This document shows, piece after piece, positions 36,510-48,381 of a stretch of 64,000 nt of DNA. Origin of the DNA: Octopus sinensis (lineage: Eukaryota); contig NC_043008.1 of NCBI RefSeq assembly GCF_006345805.1, positions 24,118,001-24,182,000 of the forward strand. Direction: 5' to 3'. A program made the position numbers and the translations under genes. Position 1 is the first letter of the stretch. Each line of letters opens with the position of its first letter. Below the pieces are notes generated by a model. That model did no database searches. It worked only from the letters and a program-made list of their open reading frames with translations, and had not been told where the DNA came from.

Positions 36510-39500
36510 TTCTCCTTATTAGCCACCAGGGCCCAATACAAAACATAAAGGACGATACACAGACGCAGGACAGTCAGGTTAAACGTGCAAACAGCCACCA
36601 AATACAACGAATAACAAAGAGATTAAATCAACAATATGCTTCCCAAATACGGGGGAATTCCACAATAAGGTGACTAAAGAGACCTCACGCACTTTAGACC
36701 CTCTTAACACCAACGGCTTCTCAGGAAGGCACCCTTTCTTCTTTCCTTCTGGTCTACAGGCACACACTTAGAATAGGCCCGTTCACGCGGGCCTTTCTTG
36801 CCATATTCACCTTCCTTTCAACGAACTTACTGGGTGATAGTGCCTCCCTCTCCAGCCTCAATTTCCTTTTCAGGTGGAACCTGAAAAAGTTAATGAGGCC
36901 TTGGCTAAAGAGGAAAGTAGCCGTATTCAACCCTTTTAATCACGTCCGTCACACAACCTCTTTTGCCATAGCCGCCAGACAAATAAAAATTGCCCTCCCT
37001 TCCCGGCCAAAAGAAGGAGGCAGAGCAATCTTCATAATGGACTCGGACGACACCCGGATCCGTCCTATACGTGACAATAACTGTTCGACAAAGCTCCACA
37101 AGTCAGCAATGCGCAGGAACTGTAAGAGAGCATACAGAACGGTTCATCGCTCCGCGTGCATCTCGGACAAGCCCGACTGACTGCACACCAGTGCCTGCAG
37201 AGCTTATCTTCAACCAGCAGAGCCTCCTCGTTAGCACTGACAGGCCAGAGTTTTCTTGAAGTTATCCATAGTTATCGGCCCGAAAGCCCTCCGGAAGAGA
37301 CCAGCCAGTTGATGCTCCACGACGCCCAGGGTCACTCCGAGTAGGTCGTCGCTCTTGCACTCCACTAATCCCCTATAGAACTCCGAAGTGGAACTGCTAC
37401 CGACCGCATTATCCGACTGACCGAGAGCTGTGAGCGCTTGGAGACACTCTGGGTGACAAGCGCCCTGCTTCGGTCGGCGTCTGATCCAGGCAGTCAGCTC
37501 CGTCAGGGAGATGAGCTACAGAAAAGCGTGTTCAACAAATGGTGACTACACCTGCTCACCATTAAGGTATCGTTAGATATGTCGCAGCCTCAGCACATGT
37601 CAGTGCGCCCTCATCCACGGCATGCCAGTCTTTCACGTAACATGTACTGACAGCAAATGAACCGTCTGACAAGCGGTACCTCTTCCCTTCCACTGGAAGC
37701 GGAAGGGCAAACACACCAGCTCGTTCAGGCACGAAACGGGACATGGAACGACAGTCATGCGGTAGTATATGACGGTTGCGATGAATACATTCGCCAACTC
37801 CGCCAGACCTTTCATGGACAGCTTCCTTGGCTCACAGATCCGGGTAGTCTCCCATTATGCTGCCAGTTGCGGTCGACGTCTACCATAAGCTCACCAAACA
37901 TGTCTGGCATATGTATATAAAGCCCGAAGGGTAGACCATCCAACCCCAGAGACGTATCCCACGTGCAACTAGCCAACGCGTCACGTATATCTTCAGCTGT
38001 AATCGGCATTTCGCAGTACTCCACTACCCTGGCCGAAAGCCGCGACATAGCATCAATGTAGGAGGTGATGTTCGCCTCCGCCTCCGAAACCGGGCTACCG
38101 CGCGCCCCGTACAGTTCAGCAAAGTTCCGCTGAAATATCACACACATCTATTTCGACTCGTGTAGCATGCGCCCGTCCCGACCCCTCAAAGACCGAATTA
38201 TAATTTTATTACAACGTTGCGCCACGGCCACCCGGGCCCATCGAACGGTTTCCGTTTCATCTTGCTTTAGAGCACGCGCCCTAGCTCTGACAATGCAACC
38301 TTCATGCTTGGTGTTGAAGAATTGGTTGAGAAGCAATCTCGTTGCCATCATGTTGGTCATTATGCATCTACTGAGTGGCTCCTCTAATTTCTTAACTAGA
38401 TCTCCTTCTACTCTAGTCTTCTCTATCGCTAATTCTCTGCTAAATTCTACAGCTTCTACTCTAATCACCCGTTTTAGGGTCCCTCACCATCGGTTGTTGA
38501 CGACTGCACCCGTCAACATTCGATGGACTAACTAGCTAAGCCGGTCTCTGAAAGCTTGACATGCCCGAAAGGACGCTTTCAGCTTCCAGTATCCGGATCC
38601 CTGACTATGGAGCCTATCTAGTTCAACCGTACAGACCACAACTTTGTGGCCTGTGTAGTTGACGAATTCAAATTGGGGACACCTTATGCTATTCCTATCT
38701 GCTGGCCTAGAAAATACCCTATCTAGATCAGATCTAGATGACCCGACACTGTTTGCCCGTATCAACACTGGAGTGTTCAGGGAATCCAGTCTGAACGTGT
38801 CCGCCAATAGGAAACGAATGAGCAGGTTTACAAGGCTTGTGCATCCCCTCACCTGTTCGCTAACCCCACCCAATCTACACGTGCATCCAAAATGGCGTTC
38901 CAATCGCCCTCTAACACTTATGAGTAAGACGTCCCTAGAAAGGCCACCAGGCATCTGAAGAACTCCGGCTGTGCCGCTCCTGTCGGTGTGTACACTGCAA
39001 CCAGTCTAAAAGCGCTGCCTTCGTTATTGTTCACGTCCAAGACCACCAATTTACCTTCCGGGTCCAAGAAAACCGATCGACCGACCGTATCTCGAGATCC
39101 AGGCGAAAATGGGAGCCAACGTCCATGTGTCCGTGATCCTAGTCTCACTGATGGCTATTACATGTAAACTTAACCACCTGAGGTCGTTGCGCAAGCGTCC
39201 TTGCTTCCACGGCGACCCCAGGCCACGTACAGGAGTCCGTGTCTTGTATGTTTTCTTCTGGTGTTTTTTGTTCTGGTTCTCTCGTAGTAGTTGTTGCTGT
39301 TATTGCTGTTGTTGTTATTATTGTTGCTATTCCTGCTACTGTAGCTTCTGCCACCGCTGCTGGTGCTACTCCCATTGCCATCTTTACTGTAACACCTACC
39401 TTGGGTTCAGTTTCTGTTTCTATACCCCTGCCTTTCTGTGTGTTATTGTTGTTTCCGTCGACTCATGGGTTATGGTGCTTTCGTTTGGACATTTCTTTCT

Positions 39501-40651
39501 GCATTTCTGTTCTGGTTTTGTGGGCAGTGAAACCGTAAGTGGGCCGTTGAACCACAATCGTGGTACATCGGCCTTCTGCCTTCCACGTTCACCCTTCTTC
39601 TATTCCATTCGAGAGGGAAATCATGTCTGGGACTTTTTCTGACTAATCTGGCTTCACGTGGAGAAGAACCTCCAAGGCAGTTCCAACCCAATTTTCCCTC
39701 CTCGACATTTTAACATCCATGAAATATTTCCCGCCGTATGTACAAATACAGGCGAGAGTCTACCATAAATCCAGTCCCAGTGGGATTCCGGGTACCGTAA
39801 TTTGTACCACCCTTCTTTCCATATACGTTGGGAAGAGGGTGATTTCCTCTGTGCGAGGCGCGGTCACCGAGTTCTGTATCGTACTGCCTCGCTCTTGCAA
39901 TGTGGTGGATATCCTGCCATATGTCTTTCAGCCTTGGTCGCGGTTAGCATTTTCGAGTTTCCTTGTCTTTATGTTTGCGTATCTGTATACAACTGTCCGT
40001 TCGGCTGTTACATCTAGCACGTCGCTTGGAGGTGTCAATTTTTCCCTCCTTTCATTCATTTTCATATAATTTGCTGCCTTGTTTAATTTTTCTTTTTCTT
40101 TCTCCAATTAGATGTTAACCAATTCCTTAGCTGCCATGATATTTGCAAAAGTTTCTTTCCTACTGTTAACTCCATTTTTGTTAGATCCTTCGCCGCAGTT
40201 GTTTGCAATATTGTTTTGCGTGCTACTACAATTTCCATATAGTGAGGGAGACTTTACTCCTTCCTTACTCTCGCTATCTTTCTGGTCTTCCTCTTCTTTC
40301 TTCTTTTCTTGACACTTCTTCCTTCTTTTCTTCCCGCTGCCTATTGCCAATCATGGTTGGGGAGGACATGCAAACTGCTGTACCACCTTCCTTTCTCACT
40401 CCCGCTTTTCGTTGCCATCTTCAATGTTTACTTCCATCGAAGCAAATTTTCGAAGAAATTTGAAAACAAAATGGTTTGTATCGCCCCCAAAATGGGGATT
40501 TGGTTAACAAACGTCAGCCCCCCACCCCCACCCGAAGAGCAGCTGGTTTGCAAAACGATTTAAGCAACAAAATATAGTATAGGACCTTTTAAAACAAGTG
40601 AATTAAACATAAACTTACAGCGCTCCAAAAAAACACCCCGCCCGTTAGGCG
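36510..40651 (-). mobile_element. Tx1-like (L1 superclade) non-LTR retrotransposon, both ends present, degenerate, RT core deleted
   Basis: ORF1 relic with VEGRRP.YHDCGSTAHLRFHCP zinc knuckle (39470-39691). APE endonuclease FRLVAVY.PTG and SDLDRV..GSGYWKL (38532-39148). Linker CIVRAR (38148-38468) and pre-RT SLGLDGLP (37812-38147), joined directly to post-RT KGLAELANVFIATVIYYR. Bounded by (TAA)n on both sides. Confidence 0.85.

Positions 40652-40713
<62 letters not shown>
40652..40713. repeat. (TAA)n microsatellite, ~20 units (SINE tail)
   Basis: Direct reading. Confidence 0.97.
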
Positions 40714-41087
40714 CCTTTCTGCTATAGGCACAAGGCCTGAAATTTTAGGGAAGCTGACAAGTCGATTACTGGTATTTAATGTATCGACCCCGAAAGGGTG
40801 AAAGGCAAAGTCGACCTGAGCGGAATTTGAACTCAGAACGTAGCAACAGACGAAATACCTATTTCTTTACTACCCACAAGGCTCTAAACACAGAGGGGAC
40901 AAACAAGGACGGACAAACGGATTAAGTTGATTATATCGACCCCAGTGCGTAACTGGTACTTTTTAATCGACACCGAAAGGATGAAAGGCAAAGTCGACCT
41001 CGGCGGAATTTGAACTCAGAACGTAACGGCAGTCGAAATACCGCAAAGCATTTCGCCCGGCGTGCTAACGTTTCTGCCAGCTCGCTG
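40714..41087 (-). mobile_element. tRNA-derived SINE with two internal ~183-bp units
   Basis: Reverse complement of the family at 30677-31260; unit marker at 40849 and 41032. Confidence 0.9.
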
Positions 41088-41097
41088 TCAGCTCGAT

Positions 41098-42110
41098 ACT
41101 ATATATCCCAACTGGTGAAGCACTATCGGTGATACAATAAAAACTAGTGACAGACACCCATCTAAAAGAACGCACTAGTATACCAATAAGAAACGTGATA
41201 TAACATGTTGACCTTTTGTGTAGAAACTACCTACTTCAGTATGGACAGTGATATATATCGACATGAGGAGGGTTTAGCTATGGGTTCGCCATTATCACCG
41301 GTAATAGCCAATATATACATGGAATACTTTGAGAATTTGGCTTTAGGATCTACACCACTAAAATCAACACTATGGCTACGATATGTTGATAACACCTTTA
41401 CACTCTGGCTCCACCAGGAAGGTGTCTAAGTGCTGTCAGATCCTGTGAACTCAATAAAGCCATCCATACAGTTCACAATGGAAAAGGAAACAGACAATCA
41501 GCTGACATTCCTGGACGTATTAATAACACGAACCAAGTATGGATTCAGGATATCCCTATACCGCAAGACGACCTTTACTGGACGATACTTCAACTTCAAT
41601 TCCTATCATCCGTACAGTGTAAAGAGAGGGATTGCTCAGTGCCGTGAAAGGCCTCTCCGAAAAGATACAAAAGATATGCGGCCCATATGATATCAGGACA
41701 GTATTCAAGAGTAATACAACACTTCGCAAATATCTCCTTCGAGTAAAACCACCAATAGAAGGGAATATGACCAAAGACTGCGTGTACTCCATCCCGTGCA
41801 GCTGTGGTAGGTTATACAAAGGCGAAACATGCTGCCCTCTCAAAATAAGAGTAGACGAACATCACAAAGCTGTGACACGAGGAGATATTGATAAATCAGG
41901 TATAGCTGATCATGTATGGAGAAATGGAGACCACCTCCCTCTGTGGGAGGAATTTAAAATATTAGACAGAGAACACCACTGGAAAATACGAAAACTAAAA
42001 GTAGCAGCACATGTGCTAGGACACAACAACCACCTAAGTAGACCGAGTGCAGATATGAGCAGCATATGGGAAACTGTATTAAGGAAGGATAGGAAATATT
42101 AGACATATAA
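41098..42110 (+). mobile_element. Penelope-like element: RT plus GIY-YIG endonuclease, degenerate, thumb region deleted
   Basis: EGLAMGSPLSPVIANIYME, WLRYVDNTF, IQFTMEKE..LTFLDV, TGRYFNFNSYHP, CVYSIPCSCGRLYKGET..RVDEH..SGIADH (ORFs 41205-41429, 41430-41690, 41632-42102). Confidence 0.92.
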
Positions 42111-42139
42111 GCCCCAAAATTCACTCCATAATTGCCCAC

Positions 42140-42310
42140 AGGCATATGGTGTAGTGGTTAAGAGCCCGGGCTCCGAGTTCGATTCCAAGCATTGACCTGA
42201 ACAACAATAATAATAATAGCAATCATAATAATAATAATAGCAACAACAGTAATAATAACATCGAGAAACACCTTAGGAATGAGAACCCAGGTTCTAAATT
42301 TCCCCAAGGG
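42140..42310 (+). mobile_element. Short tRNA-derived SINE head
   Basis: A box tggtgtagtgg, B box gagttcgattcc, then an (AAT)-rich tract. Confidence 0.6.
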
Positions 42311-42579
42311 TATTGGAGGGTATATCAGCTGAAACGTTGTATTAACAAGCAAGATGAGGAAAAATATCCGTCGAATGTAAATAATGTAATTCAATAACTT
42401 TCTTATCTCTGAAATGAAACACCTTGTGATATGGATTGAGCAACATCTTTCCAAGGAAAATTACAGAATGCCTGTAATTATGCATTATGTAATTTCCATC
42501 TTCGGTCAAAATTTTTAGTCATAATATATAAGCGAATATACGGATGCCGATATTTTGTAGTCGGCTATTATTTCAAGCA

Positions 42580-42990
42580 AAATTGACTAAGTGGAGTCTT
42601 ACAAAGCTAAAGGATCGAGCTACTAAAATGATGAAGAAATGAACATGACAGGCATTTAGGCAAGATCTGCTTATGTAAACAAAACAGATTAACGATATTG
42701 GAATTCTTCTAACAATGATAACAGTTCTTTGGCTTTTGCTAAAGAAATAGAAAATCGACACCCAAATCCATTTATGAACAATTACTAAAACTTACGAAGA
42801 AATCCATCTGATAAACGATCTTACCATGATCTACTACATGTCAAAATATATGATACCTTCTTAGACAGGAATGCTTATGAAAACTATTCCCATTGCTTAA
42901 ACTACAAAATAGATTGGTGCTTTGGAATATTATACCTTGGAAATTGGTTGCTATTAGTGAAGTATCAGTATTTCTAGGACTGAGTTCAGT
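42580..42990 (+). mobile_element. Possible very old CR1-like 3' fragment
   Basis: The only trace is gatcgagctactaaaatgatg (RATKM motif). Confidence 0.25.
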
Positions 42991-43118
42991 AGATTGTAAA
43001 TGAAGATGGGAACAGACTTGATCACTCTATGTTTACGTGTTTGACGGTGAATTTGAAAAATGCTATTTTTTGCAAATATTTCCTATAGTTAAGAGGATAA
43101 TATATCAGCTCTCTTTAG

Positions 43119-43155
<37 letters not shown>

Positions 43156-43854
43156 TCTCTTTCTCTTTCTCCCTATCCTCTCTCTCTCTCTTTCTCTTAT
43201 TTTCTGCATCAGTCACTTTCTATCTATCACACTCCTGTCCATTATATACAATTTGGTCATGGAATGAACGTTCCAATTTATAAAGACAATGAAATTCCTA
43301 CAAGGGATTTTGATTGACAAATCACTATCTTTTTTAGTTCAATAGCATAAAGAATGAAGATGAGAATATGTATTTTTTACACACTCCTGTACGACATCAA
43401 AGGCTATGGAATTTTGTCTCGGAGAAAACTTCCTCTTTATACTTTGTGTGAAAACTCATCAGGCCGAGCTCAAAGTAACCCTAGCAGACCACCAACACGG
43501 ATTTAAGGCATGATTTCACCTCTTCGGTAATAGATATCGCCTCAGTCATTTACAACTAAGAGGAAGACAGCAAATTATTTGCCGCTGTCTGTTGAAGCTT
43601 GCCTAACTGGAATTAATTTAGCACACAAACACAGAGCAGTGAAGGTCAAAACAAGGATATGTACATTATTTTTAACACGATTCCGCACTCTATAATGTGA
43701 AAGGCATTTGCTACAGCATTTTCTCTCAGAAAAAAAATTCTTTATATTGATTTAGTGTGTAGGAAAATCATCAAGCCGGGCTCATGGTGGACAATACTGT
43801 GTCCGTTCTGTCTCTTCATTTGTGTGTCTATTTGTCTTTTTCTGCTTCACCCCT

Positions 43855-43913
43855 CTCTCTCTCCTTCTCCCCCTCTCTCCGTCTGCCTGTCTGTCTGTCT
43901 GTCTCTGTCTGTA

Positions 43914-43965
<52 letters not shown>

Positions 43966-43995
43966 ACTCTCACTTTCTGCGTGTGTGTATGCATG
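43855..43995. repeat. (CT)n/(CTGT)n microsatellite
   Basis: Direct reading. Confidence 0.92.
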
Positions 43996-45529
43996 TTCAA
44001 TCAATTTAAATTTAAGTTTCATTCTTTCATAACTACGTTTCCTGCCGCTATATCAAGGATACACTCATACAAATATATACACACACAAGCACGCACACAT
44101 ACACACTCTCACCCATATGAATAAAATATAAGTAAATGGCTCTTCATTGGCCTCATCAACAAGTATTCATTTGTTCGATCAACTGAATAACCTTCACATT
44201 GTATTAACGGGAGAGCGTTTTAGCATTCCAAGGACACATATTCACTGAACGTAATCCTCATGTAGAGGATTATCTTGCTTTGTATGTAGCAGAAGGAGAC
44301 CCTTGAATTACTGGTATAATCCATCCGATGGGCTTTAACACAGTTTCTGTCTATCTAGTCCATTGACAAATTTTGGACCAACTCCAATCTGGTGCCTGAT
44401 AATTACAAAGCGAATTTCATAACTATTCGGTGATGTTACGTACATACATACATACATACATAACAATTATGCTTCGCCTCTTTAAAGTTTCTGTGATGAT
44501 GTCATCTTCACACACAATCTAAATGCCTGAAACCAGACTATATTAATTTCATGAAATATGAATTTATTGGAGATCATGCTTCAAATACTTCATAACTACA
44601 TATATCGAAATATATACCTGTACCACGTCCCCTATAGCCATGAGCAACACACAACTAACACCTTCAAAATTAATATGTATGCTAAACTATCTCTTATATA
44701 TAAGGATGATCTCTCACCTATATAATATCGCCATGGAAGTTTCACAAATATGAAGATTCTTCTTCAGAGGAAGGAAAAATTTCATCCCCGATATGTTACT
44801 AATCCCCAACAAATATCAAATTTGACGTAGATCTGTGCTGCCCTCATACCTAGGTTGTTATTGCTGCTGTATTCACAGATATCTTACACTTAAGCTATTC
44901 ACCTATTTGGTAATGATCTAATCACCATCATACTACAATCACTAAAGCAAATTCAAGTAGTTTCCTTTCTTTGCTTCTATCACTGCAATAACTGTAACTG
45001 CATATATCATCTTTTTTACTTTAGCGTTCTCCTGAATCCATTTGTCTCACCACTAATATTCCTTACTTCCCATACCCCACAACTTCAACCAATCCTCCCT
45101 CGTCGCCCCGAACTATATTCTTCTTGAAATCCCTCTCCACCTATGGTCTTCTTTCAAACATTCACCGAGACATAATCAAACTGAACGTTTGACTATTAAT
45201 TTCGCGAAAAAGGGAGGACTTACGTTGGTCATTCTACCTGACTTCACCTTTGGCTAACTTATTAAAGTCACAGATACATGCATACGCGCACACATATGAA
45301 TATAGGCATTAAATATATGCTTACTTATGCATTTATATGCCTTTGTGTATGTGAATGTGTGTGTATACTTGTGGGAGCTCAAAGAGGAGAAAAGCTCATC
45401 AGTGTTCTACTAGCACGCATAAGTACACACACACACATATATATATAGATATACATACATACATAGATACATACATATATACATACATACATACATACAT
45501 ATCATTTATTGATCTATATATATATATAT

Positions 45530-45800
45530 AATGGACTCTCCGTCGAAGGTGACGTATGAGCATTCAGCTTTTTCCGACCGACCGACCTGCACTAATGATT
45601 TGTTTATAGTGACCAAATGTATGTACATTAGCTCACTCACGCCATAAAATGGATATTGCCTGAACAAGTGTCGACGTGATCGCGGAGCGACGTGAGATGA
45701 AGTATTTTCTGCTCAAGAACACAAGGCATCACCCGGTCTAGGAATTGAAACCGCGATTTCGCGATCGTGAATGCATCATTCTAATCCCGTGATCACTAGG
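45530..45800 (-). mobile_element. Degraded tRNA-derived SINE
   Basis: tgctcaagaacacaa...ccggtctaggaattgaaacc..cgatcgtga resembles the head of the SINE at 26870-26957. Confidence 0.65.
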
Positions 45801-45815
45801 CCAAGCGTCCTCTTA

Positions 45816-45858
<43 letters not shown>

Positions 45859-46199
45859 GCACACACAATAACACACAAACACAATAACACACAAACACAT
45901 ACATATGTATATATGTATAAAGGTACAAGTAAAAATTGCTGAAAATGCGTTGAGTTTAAGGTGGTTTCAAAAAGAACGTTGTTGCATTGGTACATTTAGC
46001 CATGTCTATAAAAAGCTAAAAGAAAATTATCGTGAGAAAAATTCCATGGAAAACAAAACATGATGTCGGATTCTATGTGTAAAGCAATCGATGTATTAAT
46101 ATAGAAAAATTTCCACGAATCGGCTGATATAATTCTTCATTCATCTATCGCTTTTTACCTACTTACATACCAACCCGCCTACTGCATGGAACCAACCGG

Positions 46200-46314
46200 C
46201 CAACCGACCAACCTACCTTCTTACCTGCCTGCCTGCCTGCCTACCTACCTACCTACCTACCTACCTACCTACCTACCTACCAACCAACCAACCACCAACC
46301 TACCTACCTACCTA

Positions 46315-46348
<34 letters not shown>
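46200..46348. repeat. (CCTA)n/(CCAA)n/(TA)n microsatellite
   Basis: Direct reading. Confidence 0.9.
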
Positions 46349-46769
<421 letters not shown>

Positions 46770-47765
46770 GTTCTTGACTGAAGATTGAAGGCTTAGAATG
46801 TCCTGTCCGTGTTTTTTGTATCGTCTTCTAAATGTTTTGCGTTCTTGTCCCAGTTTGTATTTTTTTACATATACATATATTTATATATAGCGGCGCCCGT
46901 ACCCTTTTGGCCTGATATGTAAGTACATATTTCTTAAAATTTGGTACGACTCTATAACACTGTCTTTCTCTCCACCCACCCCCGCCTACATTTCTCTGCC
47001 TTTCACACTTTGCACTCCATTTTCATCTGTCTCTGTCTCTCTCTCTCTTCTCCTCCCTCTCCTTTTCTCTTTTCTTGCCTCTGATTCCTTGGTCTCCTCT
47101 TCCCCCACTCTCTCACATTTCTCTGTCTTTCTCACTTTGCACCTCACTGATTCTGTCGCCAAGCCAATCCTTGGCACGCTCTCTTTCTTCTCCCCTCTTT
47201 AATTCCTTCTTTCTCTCTTTTCTCTCCTCTTTGGTGCCTTTGTCCCTCTTTTTCTCTCTCTCTCTCTTTGATTCCTTTGCCCCCTTCTTTTTCTCTCTCT
47301 TCTCCTCTCACGTGACCGCTGGTCAACCAGCTTTTTGGCTTCCGACCACTGCCGCGAGAACATCGTTGTCTTCGTCTGCCGATAAAGGCATTTTTTTCCA
47401 AATACGCCAGCTAAATTAAGTTGTACTGTCTATCGTCGTAAGACACCCGCTGTTTTTGTCCTGTTATTACTATTATTGCTTTTTGTATTTATATTCGTGT
47501 AGCATCGTCCGTTTTTCTGTCCCTGTTTCGTATACATTCGATCCTTTTTCCAAGAAATCTAATACTCGTAGCTTAGTTTTTCCTTGGGGCTGGCCGGATC
47601 GGAGCGATCTCAAGATTAATCAGCCGAAATTGCGAGGATGATTCGGTTCTTGACTGAAGATTGAAGGCTTCGAATGTCCTGTCCGTGTTTTTTGTATCGT
47701 CTTCTAAATGTTTTGCGTTCTTGTCTCAGTTTGTATTTTTTTACATATACATATATTTATATATA
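46770..47765. mobile_element. ~1-kb non-coding element bounded by ~120-bp direct repeats (pLTR-like partial tandem)
   Basis: 46770-46889 and 47646-47765 differ at 2 positions. There is no TG..CA, no ORF, a CT-rich interior, and (TA)n on both sides. Confidence 0.7.
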
Positions 47766-47779
47766 CATATATATATATA

Positions 47780-47840
<61 letters not shown>

Positions 47841-47945
47841 AGATAGATACATACATATATACATACATACATACGTACATGCATACATATATGCATACAT
47901 ACATACATACATACATACATACATACATACATACATACATACATG
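47766..47945. repeat. (TA)n/(TACA)n microsatellite
   Basis: Direct reading. Confidence 0.95.
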
Positions 47946-48381
47946 TGTTTGCCTGTATTTCTCGACCTCTTTTCCTTTCTCCTTGCTTCTCTCCATGTTC
48001 TCTCTCTTTCTCTCTCACGCACATATACATATCGGCGAAACTAGACATGGAGAGTGATGGGCTCCATAAATGGCAATGGAATTTAGCCGTAAACCTTCCA
48101 TGTTGATAGCGTGTGATTCAAGTTGAACCAAGCAATAATGTGGGTGTGGTTGGATAGTCATTTCTCATAGAAGCCAAATGCACTTCGATAAAGTGGTCGT
48201 AAACTGTCCTTGAGGTTTAAGAAACTAATGCGTGTGCTAGTAGGTTCACATCTTTATATTATCCTGTTGAATGTAAGTCTTCGGTGCAAAGTATTTTCTC
48301 AAGTTCATTACAGTAAATTACAGATTCCACCAAGACAGTACCATCAAGCAGGCAGTTATCACGTTTAGCACTGTAATAGAT

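Noticed and set aside
43430-43520. DHQHGFK motif suggesting an RT fragment
   Set aside because: A single short motif with no supporting neighbours.
47650-47690. CTGAAGA..CTTCGAATGTC as a hammerhead
   Set aside because: It has GAAU rather than GAAA, and no stem I or stem III could be formed by eye.
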